From Bacteroidota bacterium (GTDB taxonomy: Bacteria; Bacteroidota; Bacteroidia; Cytophagales; Cyclobacteriaceae), in NCBI GenBank assembly GCA_039199635.1, contig JBCCSU010000001.1, positions 72 to 64,071 of the forward strand: a stretch of 64,000 bases of DNA, written 5' to 3'. Positions within the stretch are counted from its first letter, which is position 1; each line of letters opens with the position of its first letter. Below, in pieces: positions 28,244 through 39,018 of this stretch. Both the position numbers and the translations under genes were made by a program. The notes beneath the pieces were generated by a model that saw only the letters and a list, made by a program, of their open reading frames with translations, did no database searches and was not told where the DNA came from.

Positions 28244-28531
28244 CTAGTCAACTTCTTCCGTATCTATGGGAATATCTGACTCCTCTTTCAAGGCAATCAA
28301 TTGATCAGAAAAAACCGAGCGATACATTAATTTACCTAGTCCACTTAGTAAAGCCAGTCCCACCGTCCAGGCGATGGCCTGCTTGCTATCTACTTCAGGG
28401 TCAGACAGATCTTCAGGCGGGGGTGTATGTTGGGTAGCCAGCCAAATTCTTCTGGCAGCGGAACGTATCACCGTTCCTATCAGTACTGAACCAAGGCCAT
28501 ATAACAGCAGTTTCTTATCCGTTGAACGCAT
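28244..28531 (-). CDS. DUF4235-like small membrane protein
   Basis: RRIW...PPPEDLSDPEV..KQAIAW. Confidence 0.7.
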   Translation of the reverse strand: MRSTDKKLLLYGLGSVLIGTVIRSAARRIWLATQHTPPPEDLSDPEVDSKQAIAWTVGLALLSGLGKLMYRSVFSDQLIALKEESDIPIDTEEVD

Positions 28532-28532
28532 A

Positions 28533-28748
28533 TTATTGGTCTACTCTTTCCACCTCGGACTCTAGTTTCAAAACCTCTGCACCATCTTCCTGCTTGATAA
28601 AAAGCGCTTTGTTTCCGCTTTCGCCGTTCCGGGTGACTTTATTACCATCTATCGTTTTTATGACTTTCTTGGTATACGTTTCCTGCACTCTTCCTTCAGC
28701 TTTACCACTGCCCCAATTCCATTTTACTTGTGTTCCTTTTTTGATCAT
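28533..28748 (-). CDS. DUF2945 / hypervirulence-associated TUDOR-like protein
   Basis: KGTQVKWNWGSGKAEGRV...VLKLESE; ATG at 28748 preferred over the track's TTG. Confidence 0.85.
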   Translation of the reverse strand: MIKKGTQVKWNWGSGKAEGRVQETYTKKVIKTIDGNKVTRNGESGNKALFIKQEDGAEVLKLESEVERVDQ

Positions 28749-28765
28749 AATCTTCAAAATTTTGT

Positions 28766-29437
28766 TTATAATTCTCCTCTTTCGGCTGCTTTTTTCATTT
28801 TATCGTTAGCGTAAATCGCTACCTCTACGCGCCTGTTTTTTTGTCGTCCCGCCTCTGAATCATTATCAGCTACGGGCTGATCTTCACCGTAACCGAGTAC
28901 CGTCATTCTTTGTGTAGCCACGCCATGTCCTACTAAGTGAACTTGCACAGCCTTTGCACGCTGCTCAGACAGTGTCTGATTGTAGCTGTCCGTTCCAGTA
29001 GCATCGGTATGCCCTTCTATTAAGATATCGGTGTTTTCATATTTTTCTAATGTGGTCGCCAATTCATCCAAATTTTGTTTTGTTGCTGTATTTAGAGCGT
29101 AAGAATCCAACCCGAACATGAGTCCTGAATCGAATGTAATCTTTATACCTTCGCCAATGCGTTCTACTTCTGCGCCTTCCAGATCAGCTCGCAATTCCTC
29201 CGCTTGTTTATCCATTCTTCTTCCGATCAAAGCCCCGGCCGTTCCTCCTACGGCCGCACCAATGATGGCTCCTGCTGCGGTATTGTCTGCTGCTCTACCG
29301 ATTAATCCACCTATTACAGCGCCACCACCAGCGCCAATAGCTGCTCCTTTTTTTGTTTTGGTAGCATTACATGCTTCTAAAAAGGGAATGGAAATAATTA
29401 TGCCGGATAATATTATTTTCGAGAGTATTGATTTCAT
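28766..29437 (-). CDS. Glycine-zipper OmpA-family lipoprotein (YiaD-like)
   Basis: Lipobox LEAC, GAAIGAGGG zipper, EGHTD, LSEQRA, NRRVE; ATG 29437 preferred because the upstream extension contains a promoter. Confidence 0.92.
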   Translation of the reverse strand: MKSILSKIILSGIIISIPFLEACNATKTKKGAAIGAGGGAVIGGLIGRAADNTAAGAIIGAAVGGTAGALIGRRMDKQAEELRADLEGAEVERIGEGIKITFDSGLMFGLDSYALNTATKQNLDELATTLEKYENTDILIEGHTDATGTDSYNQTLSEQRAKAVQVHLVGHGVATQRMTVLGYGEDQPVADNDSEAGRQKNRRVEVAIYANDKMKKAAERGEL

Positions 29438-29466
29438 ATTCAGTTTTTTGATTTCAATACCAGCGG

Positions 29467-29481
29467 TCAAAATGAGTGCCA
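29467..29481 (-). promoter_or_regulatory. Sigma54-type promoter
   Basis: TGGCACTCATTTTGA on the minus strand. Confidence 0.6.
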
Positions 29482-29591
29482 CGGCTATAATCTGATTTTG
29501 AAGCAGGTGTCGCTCCTATTAGAGTTAATACGCTACTCGATTTGGGTATTTTTTTCTACAGTGATGTTTGCCGGAAGGTCCGGCAAGGCAG

Positions 29592-31877
29592 TTAGAACGG
29601 ATAGCCTATGGCAATATTGAGCAGCAAGTTATCTCTTCTCCAATCTCGTTTCAACGGATTTATATCATCGTATACCCATTTTGAAGGCGTTTTTAGAGGA
29701 AAGGCTAAATCGAACCGAAGAATAAAAAAGCTAAAGTTGAAGCGGAGGCCGGCTCCTGTACCGATGGCTAAATCATTCAGAAAGTCTGTACCGAAAGAGC
29801 CGCCTGGCTTTTCATCTGGTCGCGACTCCCAAAACCAGATATTACCTGCATCTAAAAACAAAGCTCCTTCCAAAACGCCCGCTATGGGCGCTCTGTATTC
29901 GAGGTTAGCTTCTATTTTCACGTCACCCGTTTCATCAAGGATTAGCGATGATTCGTCTATGTCCTGCTCAAAAGTGCCTGGTCCTAGAGAACGGGCGCGA
30001 AAAGCACGGATGCTATTTGATCCCCCGGCCGAAAACTGTTTAATAAAAGGTACATCCTCAGAATTGCCGTAAGCTCTGGCGGCACCTAGTATCAATCGCG
30101 TAGCCAATTCTTTATCTACGCCCAGCTTTCGATAATATCTAAAGTCGAGTTGTACCTTCGTATATTGTGAATAAGGTATAGCGCTTGAAGAACTTTCCTC
30201 ATCATTTTTAATTGCACGCTCCGTTAAATTGGCCAGATTACCGGATACATCTAATAATACATTAAAGTAGTAGTGATTTCTGCTTTTTCTCTCTTTTACA
30301 CCGTTTTTGGTGTTCAGCGTATATTCGTAAATAGATCCGATTATGAATTGATCTTCCAGGCTGCGGGCCAGGTTGATATCGGTTAATAACCGGTTTTCAA
30401 ATTCGCTTGAACTTTGGCTTAATTGTACAAAGGATAAGTTAACCGGGTAAAGCTCATGACGTTTGGTATAACTCTCCTGCCATAAAAATCCATAGCGGGC
30501 TTCAAAGGAATTGATCTGAAATACATTTATTCGGCTTTGTAACCGAGTTCCTAAGCTCATTTTGGTTTGTGGGATAAAGCGTAAGCTCCTGTAGTCAAAG
30601 TTAAAAGGGGTGATTAACCGCGGTATAGTCAGGCTCGTTTCAAAGTTAAGCTCGTACGCATTAAGCGGAGGATTATTTTGGCCGCCCACCTGGACTTCAT
30701 AAGAGGCGTTAAGCTTGATTTCTAGTAATTCAGCACCACGAAATGTATTTCTATTTTGAAAAGAGGCCGAAAGTGCGGGACCAATGAAGTTATTGGATTT
30801 CGACAGTGCTTGTAATTCTAATCTTAAGGATTTCTTAGGAAGCGGAGTCAGGAATATTTGCGTTGTTAGGCTCGAGGAATCCGACTGCTGAAATTTAAGA
30901 TCTACGTACTTGTAAGTACCCAAAGCCATTAAACGTTCTCTGGTACGGGATTCGGCTTTTTGAGAATATATGTCCCCAGGGCCAAAGACTACGGTTTTAG
31001 CCAGAATATCGGGGCGCATGTAATTATCATTATTGATAAATGTATATCCCTCGTAATTTGTCAGCTGAGCCTCATCAATAGGATTAACCGTGGTGTCCGT
31101 AGAGATGGAATAGTCAGGATTGATAAGTACGGAATCAATTTTGAATTTACGCCTGGCTCGTTCAGGAGTGTCGTTGGAAAGACTTAGGGTAAGGTCTACC
31201 TGGTGATCACCCATAGCACTATCCGCCAAGTGCACTAAATGGCTGTCGTCAAAATAGTAAAATCCACGATCTTCGAGGAAATCCTCAATACGGGTTTGCT
31301 CCGTTTTGAGATCTTCTAAACGATAACGGATCCCCTTCTTCAAGATACTGTTTTCCTCAATAGTGGACATAAGTGATTCATAAGTGCTATCAGTATTAGG
31401 GTAGGTAATATTTCTTAGCGTGTAAGGTTGCTTGGTCTCTATGCGATAAATGGCTTTACCTGTGTGTTTTTTTAGTTTAATTTCTCCTGTAACAATAGCA
31501 TTAAAGTAACCCTCATTAATAAGGTAGCGTTGCAATCGACTAGCCATCTGGTCAACATTGGCATTTTCTACTAGTACCGGGGGACTTCCGAGGTTGTATT
31601 TCAGCCAGTGTTTGAAGCCTTTTTCTTTTTTTGGATTTCCAGCTACGTTATAAAACCAAACACCGGGACGCATTCCGAGTAATTTGGCATTAGCATTTGG
31701 CTGAACGATTGGGATCAGTTCATTTTCCAGCTTTTGCCTTTTTACTATTGCTGAATCCTGGATAAAATTAAGTTCTTCACCTGCATAGAAATGCTCATTT
31801 TCGGCCAGGTATTTAGTACCGGTACAGCCCATCATAAACATTGTGATTACTGAGAGTATGAGCAGAGCTTTATTCAT
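29592..31877 (-). CDS. tamL: TamA/TamL-type Omp85 lipoprotein
   Basis: Lipobox MMGC, POTRA-like region, GGSNSIRAF, C-terminal IAIGYPF. Confidence 0.88.
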   Translation of the reverse strand: MNKALLILSVITMFMMGCTGTKYLAENEHFYAGEELNFIQDSAIVKRQKLENELIPIVQPNANAKLLGMRPGVWFYNVAGNPKKEKGFKHWLKYNLGSPPVLVENANVDQMASRLQRYLINEGYFNAIVTGEIKLKKHTGKAIYRIETKQPYTLRNITYPNTDSTYESLMSTIEENSILKKGIRYRLEDLKTEQTRIEDFLEDRGFYYFDDSHLVHLADSAMGDHQVDLTLSLSNDTPERARRKFKIDSVLINPDYSISTDTTVNPIDEAQLTNYEGYTFINNDNYMRPDILAKTVVFGPGDIYSQKAESRTRERLMALGTYKYVDLKFQQSDSSSLTTQIFLTPLPKKSLRLELQALSKSNNFIGPALSASFQNRNTFRGAELLEIKLNASYEVQVGGQNNPPLNAYELNFETSLTIPRLITPFNFDYRSLRFIPQTKMSLGTRLQSRINVFQINSFEARYGFLWQESYTKRHELYPVNLSFVQLSQSSSEFENRLLTDINLARSLEDQFIIGSIYEYTLNTKNGVKERKSRNHYYFNVLLDVSGNLANLTERAIKNDEESSSSAIPYSQYTKVQLDFRYYRKLGVDKELATRLILGAARAYGNSEDVPFIKQFSAGGSNSIRAFRARSLGPGTFEQDIDESSLILDETGDVKIEANLEYRAPIAGVLEGALFLDAGNIWFWESRPDEKPGGSFGTDFLNDLAIGTGAGLRFNFSFFILRFDLAFPLKTPSKWVYDDINPLKRDWRRDNLLLNIAIGYPF

Positions 31878-34800
31878 TATCCCTAACTTTAAAAAGCTCT
31901 TTGAATGTATTGTAATCCCTTACATAGATGACCCCTGCACCGGTTTCCACTATTTCACCACTGAGCACGTCAAAATCACTTCTGCGAAATCCTGTTATTC
32001 TCAACCTGCCATCTTCTGTTATTTTATATTCCAAGGCCAGATCGCCAATATAATCAGCAAAACCCTGCTGACGCTGTCCTTCAAGATTCACATTTCCTGA
32101 TACTTTTACTTCCAGTTTGTCGTCAAATAATGTTTTGGATACACCTAATTCAAGTTGAGTAGTAGCCTCTGCCGCGCCTGTAGAATAATCCTGATAAGAC
32201 TGCAAATCAAAGCTCAAATTAACACCTTCAATATTATCGGTTAGACGATTCAGTTGGTCCGATAGAATTCGGCTTACACTGCGCCTGGCGCGATCTTCTA
32301 CATCATAACCCGCTTCGCTTCTTAGTGGATCTTCTGAAATAAATCGCTGCAAAAGCAGTAGCGCAAATACTTGCTTATTCAGGTCGGACTCGCGTGTATT
32401 CAAGTCCAGAATACGAGCGTACACCGCTCCGCCAAAGGCATTCCTTTGCGCTTGAGGCATATCCAGTTCAAAGCTGATTTCCGGCTTCATTAATTCGCCT
32501 TGGATATCAAGATATACTAAAAAGGGGAGGCGTTGTTTATAGCGCTCCAAATTACTACCAGAGGTATTTTGAATCTGTGTGATCATAAGATCGATAGGCG
32601 GAGCTTCCACTCTATTCGAAGCTCTGATGTCCATTCGCGCTTCGTACGGGTCTCCGGACCAAGTGATGCTACTCCCTTTTTGGATTGAGAATTCTCTTTT
32701 CAAGAGCTTGTAAAAACTGAAATTATAGGAACCTTTATCTACCGTATATCTACCACTCAATTGTATATCTCCTCTTCTATTGATCGCAAGATTTAATGTG
32801 GCAGCTCCTTGTACGGTGAGTTGATCTTCCGTAATCGGATCAATAACGATGTTAAATTTGGAAGATTTGTTAATCTCTAGCTTCGTGGTAAGATTTAAAC
32901 CTTGAAAGGCCAGGCTGTCACGAAGCAAGTCTTCCGGTTCTTCCAAATCTTCCTCTTTAACGCTAACAAACTGAACAATGCCGTCATTGCTCATATTGTT
33001 AAATTCTGTTTCCGGCACCAGGTAGGTAAATTCTGTGTCATCGGATAGCTTCAAATCAAGCTTAATGTTAGGACGCGCCGTGGAGCCGGTGATGGATGCT
33101 TTCCCATCTGTACGTACTGCGCCGTAAAATAAGTTGTTATCTTCTTTGGTTGTATTTAAGATCAAGAAATCATCCGTAGTAACAGACACATTTAACTTGT
33201 AAAATGCAGGCTCTATTAATTCGATATTTCCGTTGATATAGGCGGTATTATTTTGCTTATCGGACAGTTTGAACTCATTGAATAAGAACTTTGAATTTTT
33301 AATAGTAATATCTTCTTGATCTACAGAAAGGGTATTATTGAGTGCTACAGGATTAAATTTTGTTTCCGAAAACTTAAGTGAACCGTTTAAATCAGGTGTG
33401 GAGAAACCTCCGTCCAGCGAAATTTGACCGGATAAAACACCGGTTAGATCCTTTATATTTTCTCTGAGAATAGGAGCTACTGTAGCAAGTTGGAATTTTT
33501 GTACGTCTAGTGTTAACTGTAAATCATTAATGTTATCAAGGTCATATACCGCTTTCGCCTCCAGGTCATTCTTTGAGGAAATTAGTCTAAGCTTAGCGGC
33601 ATAATTGGTTTGATTTTGCTGCTCGATATTTAGGTTGAAATCACCCCATTTTTTTTTGAGTACACTTAACCGATTAATGTTGAGATCTGCTAAAACTCCT
33701 AAAGTAGAATCCGGAAATATCAGAGTAAGTTGCCCATTGAGCTCACCTGAGATCAACTCCTCATTATTGCGAATGGCCTCACTTAGAGTAGTCAATTGGA
33801 ATTGGTTAAATCCAATTTCCAAATTCGTATCTGACGCATTAGTTTCGATATCTATTTCCTGTCCTTTATTCGAGATTTTCAGGTTTACGTTATCATTTCC
33901 GCCCGAGGGATCAATCAGAAAGGGGCTGCTTTGATCGACCGTCCATTTTTCGTAAGCCAGGATCAAGGAGTCTTTGCTTAAGGTAAATTGATATAAGCTA
34001 TCTATACTTTGAAAAAGACCTTTGATCAGGTATTGATATCGGCCGGTTGAATCTTTTAATGAGAGCTTAGTAGCTAACTCATTGTTTTCTAATGCAGTTC
34101 TTAAGGCCAGGTTATTGACCTCTATGTTGGCTGAATGAATACGGTCTATGGTGAAGGATGAGGAGAGTAGATTTTGTTCTGAGGAACTCATGAGTTTAAA
34201 AGAGTCTACACTTACTCCTGAATATGTAAGATGGTGCAGCGAAAGGTTCACGTCCAGTTTGTTTTCTTGACTGTTGAAGCGTGCTGAAAAACGGCCAGGA
34301 TCAAATTCTGACAGCTGTGGCACTAATATTTCCGTAATCAGATCAGTACGTTTTAGATTGAAATCAAAAGTAAATCTCGTGTCTTCTGTTGGCTCTTCGG
34401 GAAGCCCAGCCAACTTGTAGTATCGATCTACATGCTGTAATAAGGCATCAGAAACCGTAAACAGATCGATGTTACCCTCGAACTTACCTTCCATAATATC
34501 TGAGTCTATAGATATTTCTGTTTTACCTTCTTGATCTACGCTGGCAACGAGTAATGAATCTACCCTATAGGTATCTATGCCGTTGTTAGCTTTAAAATTT
34601 CTAATTGCGAAATCTCCGTTAAAGCGTTTAAAATTTGTCGTGGCAAAATTGGTGGTCAATACACCTTCCAAGGATAGAGGGGTATTGGAAAAGTTGAGTT
34701 TTCCTAAATTGGCCTTATCAAGCTCTAACCTTATTGCATTTTGGTAGAGTTCGGAAGATAAATCTGCATCCGCCGTTAGGTTTAGTGAAAGGTTAGGGTC

Positions 34801-36759
34801 TATGATCATCAGTGAACCGTCAATCAAGCCTTTAATGAACTGTATATCGGTTTGAATACTGTCGTAGCTGTAATTATTGAAAGTTAAATGGCGGAATGTC
34901 CCCCCCAAGTTACTTTTCATAGTGGCTAAGGTAGCGCCAGTACCAGAAAGCTGCATGTTAAAAGCCAGGCTGTCTAAATCACCGTTTAGATCGATAAAGC
35001 TACCAACGTCAAAACCTTTAGTAGAAGCACGGATATCATAGGCCGGAATAGAATCCATAAGGATTAATGAATCCACCTTAAGCTGTAGATTTCCGATGGA
35101 GGATAACAACTCAGCTTCACCTTTAAAGCTGTTCAAAGATCCATTCCCACCCAATTCAAGGCTAAATGTAGATGGTAGCATAACGGGAAGTGGTTTCAGG
35201 CTATCTGGAAGTAGACGCTGGATTGCATCTTGGCCACTGGTGAAAACAAATTGATCTACGGAATAAGCCAGTTCATCTATCCGGTCGAGATTATAAAGTT
35301 TGCCTTTTACGGTTAAACTTGTAGAATCCAGCTCCAGGTTAAAATTTCTTACATCCAGATCTGCGAAGGTTCCTGAAATGGCACCGGTAAGCTCGACCGG
35401 TTCGTTATAATTGATTTTTTCAACCACCGGCAGCAGATAATCTAAGTCTTTTAAAAAGATAGTAGTTTCATTGAGGTTCAGGTTGACCCGTGACTCAGGG
35501 GCTAAAAGCTCCTGGTTAGAATAAATGAGCTGGCCCGCGGCATTGATCTCGGTATTATCCAGCCCTACTTTCCCCTCATTGAGCTGGATGATGCTATCAT
35601 TCATAAGAAATTTACCGGAAGCTTTCACCAGATGATCGTCAGAATATAGGTTAAATTGGCGTACGTGGCTCTGGATGGTTTTAGAGTCGTAATAAGTATT
35701 CTCAAGTCTGGCGTTCAGCTGCTTCAGGTCAATGTGATTGGCATTGAACTGTTTACCGAGGTTGGCCGTAGTATCCAGGTCTACTTTTACATTCGTGTTA
35801 TCAATAGCAGCATCGGACAGAGAAATTTTCCATGGGTTGGCCGTAGTGGGGGTAGATGTAGTATCGGGCACGCTCAAACTTTGAACGTAAAAGGATGATT
35901 TGTTTAGCTGTAATTCCTCCAACTCTATTTTCGAGTCAGGCAGGTTCATCTTATCTATGGAGACATTCAGTTCATTTACAGCGGCCTTTATGACTTGCTG
36001 CCCTGAAGAAAAGGACACTGAAGATTCGAGAATCGCTATTTCATCTATCTGAATATCCGGCAACCCCACGGGTTCTCGTGTGGGTGTGGCATCTTCCGTC
36101 ATTTGCTCGGTCTGATCGTACTGAAGACGTACTTTCTCTAAGACTATGTCCGAAATAGCTACTACTTGCTCGTCCAGGTTTAACTCTTCTACGTCTATTG
36201 AGATCAAGTCCCAATGGGCATGTATATTCATTCCGGCCTGTGCATCTATCATGGTAAACTCAATCGGGCCTAATCGTATATCTTCTATATTGAAATTCCA
36301 AGCTTTGGACTCGGCCGTTGACGTGGTGGTATCCTTAGAGGCAAAGGCATGGATAATAAACTGATAGTTAAAGTACTCGCTTCCTTCTGGCCTTTCTAAT
36401 TTGCCTACGGCGTGATCGAGCCTGAGCGTATTAATCTTAATGGTATTATTAAGAAGAGCCCATAGATCCGTATCTAAGTTTAATGCTTCAAAAGCTACAA
36501 GGGTATCTCCGGCGGTGTCTTCCAGGTAGAAATCCGTCAGCTCAATTGTTTTTGGGAAGTTTATGTATAATCCGCCAATATCAACCTTGGTCTGCAGTGT
36601 ATTTTCTAAGTACTTTTCAGCTTCACCCACTAGCTTATTTTGCACGGCTGGAATTCTAATAAGTACGATAATGAGCACTAAAAGGCTGAGAATAGTACCT
36701 ATGGTCCAGGCTAAAATTTTGAGTAGTGACCTAAGAGTTTTCCTAACGCGCGAATTCAT
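31870..36759 (-). CDS. tamB: TamB (translocation and assembly module)
   Basis: N-terminal TM + IPAVQN, long beta-repeat body, C-terminal ITWSGDPY, KQVFALLLLQRF, EYKITEDGRLR; overlaps the tamL start. Confidence 0.88.
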   Translation of the reverse strand: MNSRVRKTLRSLLKILAWTIGTILSLLVLIIVLIRIPAVQNKLVGEAEKYLENTLQTKVDIGGLYINFPKTIELTDFYLEDTAGDTLVAFEALNLDTDLWALLNNTIKINTLRLDHAVGKLERPEGSEYFNYQFIIHAFASKDTTTSTAESKAWNFNIEDIRLGPIEFTMIDAQAGMNIHAHWDLISIDVEELNLDEQVVAISDIVLEKVRLQYDQTEQMTEDATPTREPVGLPDIQIDEIAILESSVSFSSGQQVIKAAVNELNVSIDKMNLPDSKIELEELQLNKSSFYVQSLSVPDTTSTPTTANPWKISLSDAAIDNTNVKVDLDTTANLGKQFNANHIDLKQLNARLENTYYDSKTIQSHVRQFNLYSDDHLVKASGKFLMNDSIIQLNEGKVGLDNTEINAAGQLIYSNQELLAPESRVNLNLNETTIFLKDLDYLLPVVEKINYNEPVELTGAISGTFADLDVRNFNLELDSTSLTVKGKLYNLDRIDELAYSVDQFVFTSGQDAIQRLLPDSLKPLPVMLPSTFSLELGGNGSLNSFKGEAELLSSIGNLQLKVDSLILMDSIPAYDIRASTKGFDVGSFIDLNGDLDSLAFNMQLSGTGATLATMKSNLGGTFRHLTFNNYSYDSIQTDIQFIKGLIDGSLMIIDPNLSLNLTADADLSSELYQNAIRLELDKANLGKLNFSNTPLSLEGVLTTNFATTNFKRFNGDFAIRNFKANNGIDTYRVDSLLVASVDQEGKTEISIDSDIMEGKFEGNIDLFTVSDALLQHVDRYYKLAGLPEEPTEDTRFTFDFNLKRTDLITEILVPQLSEFDPGRFSARFNSQENKLDVNLSLHHLTYSGVSVDSFKLMSSSEQNLLSSSFTIDRIHSANIEVNNLALRTALENNELATKLSLKDSTGRYQYLIKGLFQSIDSLYQFTLSKDSLILAYEKWTVDQSSPFLIDPSGGNDNVNLKISNKGQEIDIETNASDTNLEIGFNQFQLTTLSEAIRNNEELISGELNGQLTLIFPDSTLGVLADLNINRLSVLKKKWGDFNLNIEQQNQTNYAAKLRLISSKNDLEAKAVYDLDNINDLQLTLDVQKFQLATVAPILRENIKDLTGVLSGQISLDGGFSTPDLNGSLKFSETKFNPVALNNTLSVDQEDITIKNSKFLFNEFKLSDKQNNTAYINGNIELIEPAFYKLNVSVTTDDFLILNTTKEDNNLFYGAVRTDGKASITGSTARPNIKLDLKLSDDTEFTYLVPETEFNNMSNDGIVQFVSVKEEDLEEPEDLLRDSLAFQGLNLTTKLEINKSSKFNIVIDPITEDQLTVQGAATLNLAINRRGDIQLSGRYTVDKGSYNFSFYKLLKREFSIQKGSSITWSGDPYEARMDIRASNRVEAPPIDLMITQIQNTSGSNLERYKQRLPFLVYLDIQGELMKPEISFELDMPQAQRNAFGGAVYARILDLNTRESDLNKQVFALLLLQRFISEDPLRSEAGYDVEDRARRSVSRILSDQLNRLTDNIEGVNLSFDLQSYQDYSTGAAEATTQLELGVSKTLFDDKLEVKVSGNVNLEGQRQQGFADYIGDLALEYKITEDGRLRITGFRRSDFDVLSGEIVETGAGVIYVRDYNTFKELFKVRDNE

Positions 36760-36778
36760 TGCTTGGCTTAACCGTGGG

Positions 36779-36793
36779 GTAAATATTATGCCA
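36779..36793 (-). promoter_or_regulatory. Sigma54-like promoter of tamB
   Basis: TGGCATAATATTTAC, sharing a 14-mer with 49009-49022. Confidence 0.55.
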
Positions 36794-36855
36794 TTTTTTT
36801 AGCAGTAAAATAAGAGAGGTAGACATTAGCGGGTGCAAATTAAGTCAAAAAAACT

Positions 36856-36871
36856 GTAGAAAATTTTCTAC
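36856..36871. promoter_or_regulatory. Perfect palindrome GTAGAAAATTTTCTAC, putative activator site
   Basis: Lies between divergent operons; related 16-mers at 19073, 24398, 29544, 43127, 48939 and 50541. Confidence 0.6.
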
Positions 36872-36975
36872 GATTGGTGTAAGAGTCAATCGCATTAGTC
36901 AGTAATTACACCGTATAAACGCACTATATGGCCTTGGATCGATTTTTCCTCTCTGTTAATTTCGACCCAAAGCTA

Positions 36976-38043
36976 ATGAAAATACATTTTCGCAAAATCT
37001 TTTACGTTTTTGCTTGCGGAGCTGCCCTTCTCGCCTTAATCTATTTAGGTCGTCCACTGCTTATTTCCCTGTCCGTAGCGCTACTCATCTCGTTTATACT
37101 CTACCCTATCTGTCAAAAGCTTGAATCCTGGGGATTATCACGAATTTTAGCAGCTATCGTTACGCTGCTGGTTATTGCAGGAGGTACGTTTGGGCTCTTT
37201 TATCTTTTCTCAGCTCAAATAGTTGGAGTGCTTGGGGAGTTGACTGACTTTGAAAAGAAACTTGCCCTACTATTCGAAAAAGTGGTCAACTACGTAAACG
37301 AAAGGATAGTAGTAGTGCCGGATATTGATAGTGCGAGGATTCTGGATAATACAGAAAACTGGGTGAAAGAATCAGGCGGAGATATTGTATCCAATACCTT
37401 CAATCACACGGCAACTTTTTTATCCGGGGCGATAATAGTAGCGGTTTACACTTTTTTACTATTGATCTACAGGAGCGGATTAAAGCACGTGTTAGTCACC
37501 AGTGCCAGTGAAGAGCATCAGACTAATATTGAAAAAATGATCTGTGAGATGCAGAAAGTAGGGCAGCAATACCTGGTAGGGATGAGTATTATGATTGGCG
37601 TCTTAGGGACAGTAAATAGCCTGGCCTTACTGGCTTTTGGGATTGACCACGCCTTTTTCTTTGGTTTTTTAGCGGCCTTACTTACCATAATTCCTTACGT
37701 GGGAACTACGTTTGGAGCCAGCATTCCGGTACTGTATGCTTTTATGACACATACTAATTATTGGGTGCCTTTGGGGATAATTATCACCTTTTGGCTTATT
37801 CAGCTGGTTGAAAGTAATTTTTTAAGTCCTAAAATAGTAGGTGGAAATTTGAATGTTAATGCACTTGCTGCAATCATATCACTGATCATAGGAGGCTACC
37901 TCTGGGGAATAGCGGGTATGGTACTCTTCCTACCACTCACGGCCATTTTCAAAGTTTTTTGCAGTTATTATGACCAACTCAAACCGCTGAGCCTACTTCT
38001 GGGTAACTCCCTTTACGAAGATAAAAGAACTGAAACGTCCTAA
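36976..38043 (+). CDS. AI-2E family transporter
   Basis: ISFILYPI, IIPYVG, IQLVESNFLSPKIVG, LFLPLTA; ATG 36976 preferred. Confidence 0.9.
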   Translation: MKIHFRKIFYVFACGAALLALIYLGRPLLISLSVALLISFILYPICQKLESWGLSRILAAIVTLLVIAGGTFGLFYLFSAQIVGVLGELTDFEKKLALLFEKVVNYVNERIVVVPDIDSARILDNTENWVKESGGDIVSNTFNHTATFLSGAIIVAVYTFLLLIYRSGLKHVLVTSASEEHQTNIEKMICEMQKVGQQYLVGMSIMIGVLGTVNSLALLAFGIDHAFFFGFLAALLTIIPYVGTTFGASIPVLYAFMTHTNYWVPLGIIITFWLIQLVESNFLSPKIVGGNLNVNALAAIISLIIGGYLWGIAGMVLFLPLTAIFKVFCSYYDQLKPLSLLLGNSLYEDKRTETS

Positions 38044-38070
38044 TAATAGAAGTAGTTAACAAGAGACTAG

Positions 38071-39018
38071 ATGAAATTTAATATCAAAAATACTTTTAAG
38101 CTGGTAGTGAGGTCATTTCAGGCATTTTTTGAAAGCAACCCCTTCCGGCACAGTGCAGCCATCGCCTACTATACTATTTTTTCATTACCGGGTATTGCCA
38201 TCATCGCTGTGATTATAGCCGGCAGTTTTTATGAACGAGAGACCGTAAGAAATGAACTGTTGAACCAAGTGACTCTGCTCATGGGGAGTAACAGCGCTAA
38301 CCAAATTGAAATGCTGATGAACAAGGCCCTATTTTCAGAGGAATCTATCGTGATGAAGATAGTGGGTATCGTTACCTTGTTGATAAGTACCACTACGGTT
38401 TTTGCTTCATTACAGCAAAGTGTAAATGATATTTGGCACATAAAACCTAAACCGGATAAGGAGGTTTTCAAGTTCATCTGGAATAGATTCTTATCCCTCG
38501 CCATGGTGGCTAGTATTGGGTTTTTACTCTTGGTTTCGCTGATGGCAGATACGCTGATGGCCATTTTGAAAGATGTGGTTTTAAGTTCGTTCACAGACTC
38601 TTCATACTACCTGATCTGGGCGCTCAACATTAGCATTTCCTTGGTTTTGGTAACATTCATTTTTGCACTTATTTACAAAGTTTTACCCGATGCCCAAGTT
38701 AAATGGAAACATGTGTGGACAGGAGCGATGGTAACTACCGGGTTATTTATAGCAGGTAAATTTCTGATTGGCTACTACTTAAGCTCTAGCAGTTTAGGCG
38801 ATGCATATGGAGCAGCGGGGTCTCTGGTAGCTCTACTGACGTGGGTTTATTATTCCGTGCTCATCGTTCTATACGGAGCTCAATTTACCTTCACCTATAA
38901 TCAGATGAAAGGCCGAAATATTTTACCGAATAAAGAGGCGGTAGCTGTCAAAGTCCAGGAGCTAGAAGAAGGACATACCTCGCTCACAAAAATTGACGAA
39001 GATGAAAAAGAGATATAA
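38071..39018 (+). CDS. YihY/virulence factor BrkB family membrane protein
   Basis: SAAIAYYTIFSLP, IYKVLPD, YGAAGSLVALLTWVYYS. Confidence 0.92.
   Translation: MKFNIKNTFKLVVRSFQAFFESNPFRHSAAIAYYTIFSLPGIAIIAVIIAGSFYERETVRNELLNQVTLLMGSNSANQIEMLMNKALFSEESIVMKIVGIVTLLISTTTVFASLQQSVNDIWHIKPKPDKEVFKFIWNRFLSLAMVASIGFLLLVSLMADTLMAILKDVVLSSFTDSSYYLIWALNISISLVLVTFIFALIYKVLPDAQVKWKHVWTGAMVTTGLFIAGKFLIGYYLSSSSLGDAYGAAGSLVALLTWVYYSVLIVLYGAQFTFTYNQMKGRNILPNKEAVAVKVQELEEGHTSLTKIDEDEKEI

Noticed and set aside
29438-29482. N-terminal extensions in the ORF track (OmpA, AI-2E, uvrA, 56836, 43204)
   Set aside because: They overlap promoter motifs or upstream genes; downstream ATGs give typical N-termini
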